A stretch of 64,000 bases of DNA from contig JBGPIA010000001.1 of assembly GCA_041484665.1 (NCBI GenBank), forward strand, positions 608,001 through 672,000, read 5' to 3'. The notes beneath the pieces were generated by a model. The model was not told where the DNA came from. It worked only from the letters and a program-made list of their open reading frames with translations, and did no database searches. Every line of letters begins with the position of its first letter. Positions within the stretch are counted from its first letter, which is position 1. The DNA comes from Candidatus Krumholzibacteriia bacterium (GTDB lineage: Bacteria; Krumholzibacteriota; Krumholzibacteriia; JAJRXK01). The translations under genes and the position numbers were made by a program. Positions 10,744 to 20,132 of this stretch are shown here, in pieces.

Positions 10744-12165
10744 ATGTCCGCGTGGCCGCGCATGCTTCCGTTCCCCGCTCCCCGCCGCTCATGCGCTGCG
10801 CTCGTGGCGGCGCTGTTTCTGGCGGCGGCAAGCGTTTCCTGCGCGCCCCGACGCTCCGTGGGCACCTCCGCACGCGTGGGCACGACTCAAGGCGCCGGCG
10901 CCACCTCGGGCATGGGCAGCGCGCCGGATGCCGGCGGGGCGACGACTTCAGGCACGGCCGCGAGCCCGGGCTCCGCCGCGAAGTCCGGCAGCGGATCGGC
11001 CGGGGACCGCACGGGACCGGCGGCGCTGGCCGTGGAGCTCGTGGAGACCTTCCCAGTGGAAACGAGCCTCGATCACCCCGACGTCCGCGAGGCGTACCAG
11101 GTCTGGCTGGAGATGATCCGCAGCGCGACGCGCACGCTCGACATCGCCGAGTTCTATGTGAACACGGAGCCGGGCAGCCGCCTGGAGCCAATCGTGCAGG
11201 CTGTCGAGGATGCCGCCGCGCGCGCCGTACGCGTGCGAGTGCTCGCGGACGCGAAGTTCTACAAGACGTACCCGCAGACCCTGGAACGCCTGGCATCCCG
11301 CGCGGGCATCACCGTCCGGCGGTTCGACGTCGGGGCGCTCACGGGTGGCGTGCTCCACGCCAAGTACTTCCTGGTGGATGGGCGCGAGGTCTACCTGGGC
11401 AGCCAGAATTTCGACTGGCGCTCGCTGGAGCATATCGAGGAGGTGGGGGTGCGCGTGCGGGTCCCCGAGGTGGCGCGCACGCTGCAGGAAGTGTTCGACA
11501 TGGACTGGGTGCTGGCCGGAGGGAGTCGGGACCGTCCCCACCGGCTGCAGCCTCGCGGCGCAAGCGGCGGGACGATGGTGCTGGAAGGGCAGGATACTCT
11601 CCGCGTGCGCGCGGTGGGCAGCCCGCACGGCTGGCTGCCCGATGAGGCGCTCTGGGACCTGCCCCAGCTGGTGGCGCTCATCGACAGCGCGAGAAGCTCC
11701 GTGCGCGCGCAGCTGTACTCGTACAAGACTGTGGGCCACGACCACGACTACTTCGATGCCCTCGAGGCGGCGCTGCGGCGAGCGGCTGCGCGTGGCGTCG
11801 CGGTGCAGCTGCTGATGGCGGACTGGTGCAAGCGCAAGGGCACGATCGAGGGATTGCAGAGTCTGCAGTCGGTCCCGGGAATCGACGTGCGGCTGGTGAC
11901 GATCCCGCAGCACAGCGGCGGCTTCATCCCATTCGCGCGAGTGACACACGCCAAGTACCTGACGGTCGATGCGCGGCGCTGCTGGGTCGGGACAGACAAC
12001 TGGGAGAAGGAGTACTTCTATCAGAGCCGCAACGTGGGCGTGATCGTCGAGGGCGCCTCGTTCGCCGGGCAGCTGGACCGCTTCTTCGACGACAACTGGC
12101 GCTCCTCCTACGCCTACGAGGTCGATCCCTGCAAGGTCTATGAGGTCCCGCGGATCGGGGAGTGA
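10744..12165 (+). CDS. Phospholipase D-family protein (two HKD motifs), exported/lipoprotein
   Basis: LHAKYFLVD...LGSQNFDWRS and THAKYLTVD...GTDNW; hydrophobic leader followed by a Gly/Ser/Ala linker. Confidence 0.9.
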   Translation: MSAWPRMLPFPAPRRSCAALVAALFLAAASVSCAPRRSVGTSARVGTTQGAGATSGMGSAPDAGGATTSGTAASPGSAAKSGSGSAGDRTGPAALAVELVETFPVETSLDHPDVREAYQVWLEMIRSATRTLDIAEFYVNTEPGSRLEPIVQAVEDAAARAVRVRVLADAKFYKTYPQTLERLASRAGITVRRFDVGALTGGVLHAKYFLVDGREVYLGSQNFDWRSLEHIEEVGVRVRVPEVARTLQEVFDMDWVLAGGSRDRPHRLQPRGASGGTMVLEGQDTLRVRAVGSPHGWLPDEALWDLPQLVALIDSARSSVRAQLYSYKTVGHDHDYFDALEAALRRAAARGVAVQLLMADWCKRKGTIEGLQSLQSVPGIDVRLVTIPQHSGGFIPFARVTHAKYLTVDARRCWVGTDNWEKEYFYQSRNVGVIVEGASFAGQLDRFFDDNWRSSYAYEVDPCKVYEVPRIGE

Positions 12166-12213
12166 ATGCGATGGCGCGTGGACGCGCGCCGCTCGCGATA
12201 GAGGAGACCGAGC

Positions 12214-13122
12214 ATGAAGAAGTTCCTGATCGGCTGCGGCATCGTCGCGCTGGTCCTCGTGGGCCTGGGCATTGGGGCGACGATGCTGACCGTGCACTAC
12301 GTCAAACGCAGTGTCGGCGACACCAAGCGGCTGAAGTCGGTGCAGACGCAGCTCACGGCGCAGTACGGCCGGCGGGAGGACTACGCTCCCGCCGCCGACT
12401 GGCGTCTGGATCCGCAGCGACTGGAGCGCTTCCTGGGTGTGCGGGAGGATTTCGCGCGCAGCGCGGCGCCGTTCTCGGAGCGGCTGGGGGAACTGCTGGA
12501 GAAAGCCAATGCCGCCAAGGACGAGGCCAAGCCGCGCGGCGTGCTGGAGAAGCTCCGCTTCGGCTTTGCGATGGCCCGCGGAGGGCTGGGGCTGGCCAAC
12601 GCCGGGCTGGCCGCCGCCACCCAGCGCGACTCCCTGCTGCTCGCCGCCGAGATGGGCGAGGGCGAGGACCTGTACCTGTTCTGCCTGACCGCCTTCGCCT
12701 GGCTGGACTGGAACCCGATGCAGGATCCCGGCGCGCGCGACTTCCAACAGTTCACCCGTCTCAAGCGCCGTGACTTCGACCAGATTGTCGAGGAGTACCA
12801 GGACGCGTGTCGCAGCTTCTTCCTCAAGAGCCTGCAGGGGCAGTGCTCGGCGTTGCAGGCCAAGGCCGGGCGCACCCCTGAGGACGAAGCACTGCTCAAG
12901 CAGTTGCTCGACGCAGTTGAGAGATCGCGCCAGGAGCGCTCCCACTTCCCGCTGCAGGGAGCCCTGACGCCGCAGCAATTAGCGGTGCTCGCGCCCTACG
13001 AGCAGCGCGTGCGGGCGATCCTGCCGTCGACCTCACAGCAGGTATTGCTGGAGGCGCTCGCCGTCACGAAGCGGTTCGAGACCGAGCATGGACACCTGCG
13101 CGTCGATGACCGCGATCCCTGA
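12214..13122 (+). CDS. Hypothetical membrane-anchored protein
   Basis: GAGGAG SD, MKKFLIGCG + one TM helix, host-like codon usage. Confidence 0.75.
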   Translation: MKKFLIGCGIVALVLVGLGIGATMLTVHYVKRSVGDTKRLKSVQTQLTAQYGRREDYAPAADWRLDPQRLERFLGVREDFARSAAPFSERLGELLEKANAAKDEAKPRGVLEKLRFGFAMARGGLGLANAGLAAATQRDSLLLAAEMGEGEDLYLFCLTAFAWLDWNPMQDPGARDFQQFTRLKRRDFDQIVEEYQDACRSFFLKSLQGQCSALQAKAGRTPEDEALLKQLLDAVERSRQERSHFPLQGALTPQQLAVLAPYEQRVRAILPSTSQQVLLEALAVTKRFETEHGHLRVDDRDP

Positions 13123-13957
13123 GCGGCGACCAGCTAGGGGCGCAAGCGTGCACCGGCGGTGCGGACCCGCCTGCGGGGCGCTGTTGGCCCTGGGCCTGCG
13201 TGCCGGCCTGACGCTCTGCGCATGCTTGGCGCTCTGCGCGTGCCAGAGCGACGGCGGCCGCGCGCGCGCCCCGTCCAGTGCCGCCCATCGCCGCGGCGCG
13301 ACCGGCAATGCAGTGATCGCTGGGGTCGTCTCGTTCCACGGCACGCTGCCGCCACCACCGCAGCACGCGCGTCCGACCGAGTGCCCGTCCCCCGCGCAGC
13401 AACCCCCGGACCCGGGGCTGCTCCTCTCGCCGGACGGCGGAGTCGGCGGCGCCTTCGTCTGGATCAAGGCTGGCCTGCCGCCCGGGGAGTACGCCGTGCC
13501 GCAGGAGCCCGTGGTGCTCGGTCAGGCGGCCTGCGAGTTCTCCCCGCGCGTTTTCGGGCTGCGCGTGGGGCAGACACTGCGCCTGGCCGCCGGGGATGGT
13601 GGCGCGCACCACGTGCACGCCTGGCGCGAGGCGAGCCCGCTGTTCGACGTGCAACTCCGCGGTGGCGATGGGTCGGCGCAACGCACGATCGGTGAGGGCG
13701 CGGTGATGGCGCGCCTCACCTGCGATCAGCACCCCTGGGCGCGCGCCTACGCCGGCATCGTGAATCACCCGTACTTCGCCGTGACGGCGAAGAACGGCAG
13801 CTATACGATCCCGAGCCTGCCGGGCGGCACGTTTACGGTGGAGGTCTGGCAGGAGCGGATCGGGCAGGTCAACCGCCAGGTGACCCTCGACGACGGCGTG
13901 CTGGCCGTGGTGGACTTCGAGCTGCAGACGATCGGCGCGCCGGACGCGCGGCGCTGA
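13106..13957 (+). CDS. Lipoprotein with cupredoxin-like and carboxypeptidase-regulatory-like domains
   Basis: Lipobox-like LALCAC; CEFSPRV, HHVH, CDQHPW, HPYFAVT..NGSYTIPSLPGG.F.VEVWQE; paralog of 15194-16054; start uncertain. Confidence 0.75.
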   Translation: MTAIPERRPARGASVHRRCGPACGALLALGLRAGLTLCACLALCACQSDGGRARAPSSAAHRRGATGNAVIAGVVSFHGTLPPPPQHARPTECPSPAQQPPDPGLLLSPDGGVGGAFVWIKAGLPPGEYAVPQEPVVLGQAACEFSPRVFGLRVGQTLRLAAGDGGAHHVHAWREASPLFDVQLRGGDGSAQRTIGEGAVMARLTCDQHPWARAYAGIVNHPYFAVTAKNGSYTIPSLPGGTFTVEVWQERIGQVNRQVTLDDGVLAVVDFELQTIGAPDARR

Positions 13958-14255
13958 GCCGGCGGAGCGGGTGGCCGCCGCGGGGAGCGAGCGCGCCGCG
14001 CAGGCGCCGCAAAGGGCCGCCACCCAGGCGCCACGGCAAGCGGCCGCGCGAAGCCGCGGCGCAAGCGTGGCACATCGCCACGGCGCGACGCGACGCTGCT
14101 GCGCTGTGCTGCAACGCTCTGGTGCAGCGCGGCACGGGTCCCGGCCGGTAGTGCGCACGCGATCCATGGTTGACGAAGCGACTCTTTGGAGCTACGGCTT
14201 TCTGCAGCCCCGCTGCGGCGGGGCATCAACGAGACCCAAGCGGAGGAGTGTGTCG

Positions 14256-15002
14256 ATGGAGATCCTTCAGTCTCTGTTCCGGTGGATCCACGTGGTTGCT
14301 GGCACCCTGTGGATCGGCCACCTCTACTTCTTCAACTGGGTGAACGCCAACTTCGCCGCCACCATGGACGGCGAGACGAAGAAAAAGGTCGTACCCGAGC
14401 TGATGCCCCGTGCGCTCTACTTCTTCCGCTGGGGAGCCGCGTGGACGTGGATCACCGGCCTGCTGTTGCTGCTGCTCGTGTACTACCACGGCGGGATCAT
14501 GTTCAACCCGATCGGCGCATGGGGGCCGCGCGCGATCGTGGCGCTCGTGCTTGTTTTCCCAGGGGTGTACATCTACGAGATCCTGGTGAAGACCATCCTG
14601 AAGAACCCGAAGGTCACCTTCTGGGGTGGCTGGATCCTCGCGTCGTTGGTGGTGTACTTCTTCGCCGACATCGCCCACCTCAGCTACCGCTCCTACGCCA
14701 TCCACCTGGGCGCTATGTTCGGATCGTTCATGGCGTTCAACGTCTGGTACCGCATCTGGCCGGCGCAGCGCAAGATCATCGCGGCGGTCAAGGCGGGCCA
14801 GGCGCCCGACGCAGCGGTCGTGGCGCTGGCCGGAACGCGCTCGAAGCACAACACCTACATGAGCGTGCCGCTGGTCTTTGCCATGGTGAGCCAGCACGCC
14901 ACCTGGGCCGCCAAGCCGGGCTATGTCTCGGCGGTGATCCTGGTGGGCTGGGCCGTGACGTTCTGGATCTACGGCAAGGCGAAGACGGTGAAGGGCTTCT
15001 GA
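14256..15002 (+). CDS. puuD: Urate hydroxylase PuuD-like membrane protein (no cytochrome c domain)
   Basis: FRWIHVVAGTLWIG..YFFNW, MAFNVWYRIWPAQRKI, RSKHNTYMSVP; GGAGGAG SD. Confidence 0.85.
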   Translation: MEILQSLFRWIHVVAGTLWIGHLYFFNWVNANFAATMDGETKKKVVPELMPRALYFFRWGAAWTWITGLLLLLLVYYHGGIMFNPIGAWGPRAIVALVLVFPGVYIYEILVKTILKNPKVTFWGGWILASLVVYFFADIAHLSYRSYAIHLGAMFGSFMAFNVWYRIWPAQRKIIAAVKAGQAPDAAVVALAGTRSKHNTYMSVPLVFAMVSQHATWAAKPGYVSAVILVGWAVTFWIYGKAKTVKGF

Positions 15003-15047
15003 ACCAGGCCGCTCTGCTGCGCGCGGTGCACCGCGCGGGCGATCGAC

Positions 15048-15075
15048 GAAGGCCCCTCCGCAGAGAGGGGCCTTC
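15048..15075. terminator. Intrinsic terminator-like hairpin between convergent genes
   Basis: GAAGGCCCCTC-CGCAGA-GAGGGGCCTTC, perfect 11-bp stem. Confidence 0.7.
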
Positions 15076-15193
15076 TGCTTGCGGCCACGGCATGCGAGCT
15101 GCGGGAGGAGTGCCAAGGTGACGGTGGCCCCGCCGGCGGACACGCCACGGCGAGCGAGGCGCGGGCGGGCGCAGCAGCGCAGCGCGCTGGGAC

Positions 15194-16054
15194 TCAGGGG
15201 CCTCCGTAGACGATCGGCGGAAGCTGCAGCTGCTGCTGCGGCGTCAGGGTGACCTGCAGCTCCTTGGCACCCAGCACTTCGTGCCAGACGGCCAGCGTGT
15301 AGTCGCCCGGCGGCAGTCCGGTGAGGTGGAAGCTGCCGTCCTCGCCGGTCACGGTGAAGAATGGGTGCGCGATCACGCCGATCCAGGCCTTCATCCACGG
15401 GTGTACGTCGCAGACGACTGGAATCATCACCTCGGGGCGGTCGAAAGTGATGTCGCGGTTGCTGCCCTTGCTGGGAAGGGCCAGGTTGCGGTCCCGGTTG
15501 AGCGCGGGTTTGGCGTGGACGTTGTGCAGGATCTCATCACTGTTGAGGATCTTCAGCGGCTGCCCCACCTGCACCGCGACGATGCGCGGCGTGAACAAGC
15601 AGCCGGCCTGATCCAGCACCACCGGGTCCTTGCGCGGCTCGAACCGGAAACCCGCCAGCCCGTCCTTGATCCAGACCAGCGCTGAGGCGAGCTTCCCGTT
15701 CTTCACGCGGACCTTCTCCTCCACGGGCGGTTGCCCGTGCTGGTGGCCGCACCAGGCTTCGCTGCGCATGTTCACCGGCTGCTCCGCAGGCGGGGTGCCC
15801 GCCAACTCAACGACCCCCATGAGCGTCGCGACGGTCGCGGGATCCACGGTCTTGGCCTGCGTCGCGGGCTGGGTGGCGGCCGACGCGGCGGGCTGGCCGC
15901 CGGGTTGAGCGGCCGGCGTGCCGCCCGCCGGTCGCTGCTGCGTCGTACCGGACTGCTCGCCGGAGCAGCCCGCCGCCAGTGGCAGCGTGAGAAGCAGCAC
16001 CAGCAGGAGCGCGAGCCGACCCAGCCGATGCTGCGTCACGAGTCGAAGCGTCAT
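15194..16054 (-). CDS. Lipoprotein with cupredoxin-like and carboxypeptidase-regulatory-like domains
   Basis: Lipobox LAAGC; LDQAGCLFTPR, NSDEILHNVH, CDVHPWM, HPFFTVTGEDGSFHLTGLPPGDYTLAVWHE. Confidence 0.85.
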   Translation of the reverse strand: MTLRLVTQHRLGRLALLLVLLLTLPLAAGCSGEQSGTTQQRPAGGTPAAQPGGQPAASAATQPATQAKTVDPATVATLMGVVELAGTPPAEQPVNMRSEAWCGHQHGQPPVEEKVRVKNGKLASALVWIKDGLAGFRFEPRKDPVVLDQAGCLFTPRIVAVQVGQPLKILNSDEILHNVHAKPALNRDRNLALPSKGSNRDITFDRPEVMIPVVCDVHPWMKAWIGVIAHPFFTVTGEDGSFHLTGLPPGDYTLAVWHEVLGAKELQVTLTPQQQLQLPPIVYGGP

Positions 16055-16368
16055 GTCCCGGAAGCCTCCGGTTGTGCGGGTGTGGCGTATGCGGGGCAGC
16101 GATTCGCGGACGTACGCGCGCGGAGGTGCGCACGCGGGTACGTGGGTACGTAGACACGCAGGCGGCCCGGCGCAGACGATACACGGGCCGGCCGAGCTCC
16201 GCTACCGGGCACGGCCGCGGCGACTCGCCGTCCTGGCGCAGGGCCGGTGTGATCGGCTACAGTGCCCTGCAACCGATCGTTCCCCCCCGGCGGGGGTGCG
16301 CGTTCGGAAACCCCGGGGAGCGTTGCGCCCTGGGCAGCGACCGAGGGCCGACCTTGCCAGCGGGGATC

Positions 16369-17634
16369 ATGCAGACCGCTCATCAGATCACACGCGACGA
16401 GCTCGTGGCGAAGCTGCGCGACCCCTCGCATCTCTTGCTGGACGTGCTCCCCCGTGAGTCCTTCGAGAGCAGCCACATCTTTGGCGCGGTGAGCCTGCCC
16501 CTGGCGGAGATCCCGTCGCGCGCACGTGCCGTCGCGCCCGATCTCGCGCGGCGGATCTCCGTCTACTGTGGCGGGCCGACCTGACCGCTGGGCGAGCGGG
16601 CCGTGGGCCTGCTGGGTGAGCTGGGATACCACGACGTGCGGCACTACGTGGGCGGCCTGGAGGATTGGACGAAGAGCAATCTTCCGCTGGAAGGGTCCCA
16701 TACCGTGGGGGCGCGCGCGGCCGGCGCCGGCGCGACACGACGAGCCGCGCCGGGAGTCCCCATGGCCAAGCTCCGGCGAGGGCTGCGCGGCGGCCGCTTC
16801 CTGGCCGTACTCACCGAGAGCTCGTTCGGCGGACTGTTCGGCCTGTGGATCCTCGTCGTCGCCGCCTTCGGGCTGCTGTACTGGCTGCTCGGGCTGTGGG
16901 GCGCCCCAGCGATGGCGCAGGCCGGTGCTCCGGTCCGATCGGATCTGCGCGGACTCGGCACCGCGATCTACTTCAGCTTCGTCACCGCCACCTCGGTCGG
17001 CTTCGGGGACGTGGTGCCGCTGGGACTGGGGCGTCTGGTCGCCGTCGTGGAGGCCGGTCTGGAGCTGCTGGTGTTCGGCTGCGTGGTCTCCAAGCTGGTG
17101 AGCAGCCGTCAAGAGCTGCTGACCGAGGAGATCCACCGCATTTCCTTCGAGGACCGCCTGGGTCGCGTGCGCACCAACCTCCACCTCGTCCTCTCGGAGC
17201 TGCAGGCCATCGCGCTGGCACGTGCGGCGGCCGCCAATGCGCCCGCCACCACGGGCGTCGCGCGCGCCGTGACCGCCGCCGCCACCAGCACCGCCCCCTC
17301 CGATCGCCTGTTGCCGCGCGTAGAAAGCCTGGCGATGGTCTTCCTCGGTGAGCTGCGCACCGTCCACGATCTGCTCTACCGCCCGCAGCAGCGTCCGGAC
17401 GATCAAGTTCTCGAGGGGTTGCTGGCAAGCGTCGCAGCGAACCTCCGCGAGCTGCGCGACCTCTCCGCATGGCTGCGCGAGTCCACCCAGGCTACGGCAA
17501 CCCTCAACGGGACCGCTGCGTCCATCGCGCGCCTCGCCGCGGAGATCTGCGGCGAGTGCACGCCGCGCCAGCACGTGCCCGAGGTGAAGTTGTGGATGGA
17601 CCGGATCCAGGAGATCGCCCAGCGGATCTCGTAA
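16369..17634 (+). CDS. Probable selenoprotein: rhodanese domain (CxxxxU) fused to a 2-TM potassium-channel domain; TGA 16582-16584 read as Sec
   Basis: ORFs 16072-16584 and 16603-17634 are in the same frame, separated only by one TGA; rhodanese motifs lie on both sides (LLDVLPRESF..SHIFGAVSLP / YCGGPT* / LGYHDVRHYVGGLEDW); pore motif YFSFVTATSVGFGDVVP. Confidence 0.8.
16585..16624 (+). promoter_or_regulatory. Candidate bacterial SECIS element
   Basis: Stem AGCGGGCC/GGCCUGCU (16595-16613) with a G-starting apical loop 18 nt after the UGA; lower helix CCGCU/AGC(U)GG. Confidence 0.65.
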
Positions 17635-17691
17635 AAGGGCGATCGCCGGAACGCTGGCGTTGCGCCCGCGGTCGGGCGGAGCGCCGGGCGC

Positions 17692-18858
17692 CTACGCCTG
17701 TCGCAAGAGCTGCGCGATCGGCTCGCGCGAGGCCGACCAGGCTGGTGCGAAGCCGCCGATCACACCGGTGAGCACGGCGAGCAGGATCCCGCCCACCAGC
17801 ACGCCGGGCGTGGTGCGCAGCGAGAAACTGATCTCGCTGAAGGTCAGGAAGTTGGTGGTGCCGGTGGTATAGGCGTTCAGCGGCAGCGAGAGCACCGCTC
17901 CGACCGCACCGGCCAAGAGCCCGATCAGGGCCGCCTCCGTCACGAAGGCCCCCAGGATGCTGCGGCGACGGAAGCCCAGCGCGCGTAGCGTCCCGATCTC
18001 CGTGGCCCGGGCCGAGACCGACGCGTACATCGTGTTGGCCGCGGCGAAACAGGCGCCAAATCCCATCATGATGCCCAGCAGGTTCCCCATGACTACGAAT
18101 TGCCTACCGGTGGCGCGCGTCTGGCTGGCGTAGTACTCCGGCTCCAACAGCGGCTGCAGATGCAGGCGCTGATCGCCCGCGATGCTCGCGGCCAGTGCCT
18201 GGGCGCCCTGCGCCGATGCCGCCCGCAGCAGGCTCGAAGAGCAGACGGTCTCTCGCCGGAAGGCGTTGCCGAAATCCTCCCGCGCCCCCCAGACTTCCGA
18301 GGCAAAGCTCCCGCCCCCGGCGTCGAACAGCCCGACCACCTTGAAACCCAGGCGGCCGAAGGTCACCTCACGCCCGAGCTGCAGTTCGGGGAAGCGCGAG
18401 GCGAGCGACTTACCCACGATCACTTCTCCGGCGCCAGGTCGGAAGTTGTGCCCCTCCACGATCCGCAGCCGCGGCCGCACGAGAAACGCCTCGGGACCGA
18501 CCCCGCGCAGCGCCACGTTGCTCTCGCTGCCGTTGGCCCGCTTGAGGATCTGCAGGATCACGAGCTCGCCCGAAGCCAGCACGTTGCCGTCCGCCGCGTG
18601 GGCGATGCCCGGCATCGCCGCCATCTCGCGGTGGCGCTCCAGGGGAAAGTAGCTCTCGGACTCGCTGCGTGCGCCGTCACGGAGCACGATCACGTTGCGC
18701 GGGTCCCCGCTGCTGCCAAACGCCAGCCTCAGCCCGGCCGCCAGCGACAACACGCCGATATAGACCAGCACGACCATCGCGATCGAGGCGATGGTCATGA
18801 GCGTGGTCCCGCGGCGCACGAACAGGCTGCGGAAGTTGTACTTCATGGGGATGTTCAT
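17692..18858 (-). CDS. ABC exporter permease (MacB/FtsX family)
   Basis: NTMYASVSARATEIGTLRALGFRRRSI; ATGA-coupled to the upstream permease. Confidence 0.92.
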   Translation of the reverse strand: MNIPMKYNFRSLFVRRGTTLMTIASIAMVVLVYIGVLSLAAGLRLAFGSSGDPRNVIVLRDGARSESESYFPLERHREMAAMPGIAHAADGNVLASGELVILQILKRANGSESNVALRGVGPEAFLVRPRLRIVEGHNFRPGAGEVIVGKSLASRFPELQLGREVTFGRLGFKVVGLFDAGGGSFASEVWGAREDFGNAFRRETVCSSSLLRAASAQGAQALAASIAGDQRLHLQPLLEPEYYASQTRATGRQFVVMGNLLGIMMGFGACFAAANTMYASVSARATEIGTLRALGFRRRSILGAFVTEAALIGLLAGAVGAVLSLPLNAYTTGTTNFLTFSEISFSLRTTPGVLVGGILLAVLTGVIGGFAPAWSASREPIAQLLRQA

Positions 18859-20003
18859 GCCACCCTCCGCAGGCCGTCGACGATGCGCAGGCGCGCTGCC
18901 TGGAACGCGGGGAACCAACCGGCGGTGGCGCCGATCAGAAGCGAGAGGCCCACGCCCGACCACAGGGCTCCAGGGGTCAGCCGCAGCGTGCCGAACAGCG
19001 GGAACACATCCCGCATTGCCTTGGCGATGCCGGGCATGATGCTGGCGGCGATCGCCATGCCGATCAGGCCTCCCATCAGGCCGACCACCACGGCCTCGGC
19101 GAGCACCATCCACACGACCTGCCCGCGCCCGAAGCCCAGCGTTTTGAGCACTGCCACCTCCGTGGTCCGCTCGCGCGCGGCCATCGCCATGGTGTTCGCC
19201 GTGATGAAGAGGATCGAGATCACGATGGCCAAGCCGATCGCCCCGAACATCAGCTTGATGTTGCCCAGCATCTCCACGAACGAGAGCCGAAACGCCGCCT
19301 CGGTCTCGGCGCGGACCTGCGCCTGCGAGTTCTCGAACATCTTCTCGGCGGCGGCCACCACGGTGGGGAGGTTCAGCGCCGAGTCCAGCAGCAGCCAGAA
19401 CGCCCCCACCTCGCCGGGGTTGCCCAGCGCTTCCTCGAGATACTTCCGGTGGAAGAGGATCTTCTGCTCCTGCGAAGGCGCGCCGGGGTCGGAGAAGATC
19501 CCGCGCAGCGTGAGGTTGAGATTCACGGGGTAGATGTCCCCCTTGATGAAGATCTGGTCGCCGATCTTCCAGCGATACTTGTCGGCCAGGGCCTGGCCAG
19601 CCAGGAAGCCTCCGCGATCCGCCTGCCACGCCTCCCTCTGCGGGTCGGCGATCTGATACTCCGGAAAGACGCCCAGCACCGTTTCGGGGTCGCTGGCAAA
19701 GCGGGCGAAGAAGTTCTCGGGCCGGTCGTTCTTGTAGACCCCCTGGAACCAGGTCAAAGGAGTGATGGCCTGCACGTGGGGCAGCGTCTGCAAGCGCTGC
19801 AGGTAGGACTCGGGCAGCGAGAATGTGAGCGAGATCGCGTTGCGTACCACCACGCGGTTCTCCTGGGAACCCTCGGCGCGCTCCATGGCCGCCAGCATCG
19901 AGAGCAGCATCGACAGCAGCAACAGCGCGAGGCTCACGCTGCCCATGGTCAGGAAGGTGCGCCGCTTGTTGCGCAGCAGGTTGCGCCAGGCCAGTTTGCC
20001 CAT
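18855..20003 (-). CDS. ABC exporter permease (MacB/FtsX family)
   Basis: [38 protein letters not shown]. Confidence 0.92.
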   Translation of the reverse strand: MGKLAWRNLLRNKRRTFLTMGSVSLALLLLSMLLSMLAAMERAEGSQENRVVVRNAISLTFSLPESYLQRLQTLPHVQAITPLTWFQGVYKNDRPENFFARFASDPETVLGVFPEYQIADPQREAWQADRGGFLAGQALADKYRWKIGDQIFIKGDIYPVNLNLTLRGIFSDPGAPSQEQKILFHRKYLEEALGNPGEVGAFWLLLDSALNLPTVVAAAEKMFENSQAQVRAETEAAFRLSFVEMLGNIKLMFGAIGLAIVISILFITANTMAMAARERTTEVAVLKTLGFGRGQVVWMVLAEAVVVGLMGGLIGMAIAASIMPGIAKAMRDVFPLFGTLRLTPGALWSGVGLSLLIGATAGWFPAFQAARLRIVDGLRRVA

Positions 20004-20132
20004 CACGGTCTCCTCGGGGCTACCGGTGGCTCTACCCGCGGTGCGGCCGCGTTCCACCGTAGGTCGAACAGCCGTTCGCCGCCGCTCGCGCGTCGAGATC
20101 GCGGCGGTCCAAGCGCGGATCCACCCCTGGCT

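Noticed and set aside
16105..16160. Repeated GTACG/CGCG words in the divergent intergenic region before the rhodanese gene
   Set aside because: Short, irregularly spaced and plausible by chance at this GC content; no defensible operator.
16051..17574. 507-aa minus-strand ORF over the rhodanese-channel locus, and many similar long antisense ORFs
   Set aside because: Mirror frames of real genes caused by GC3 bias; no recognisable motifs.
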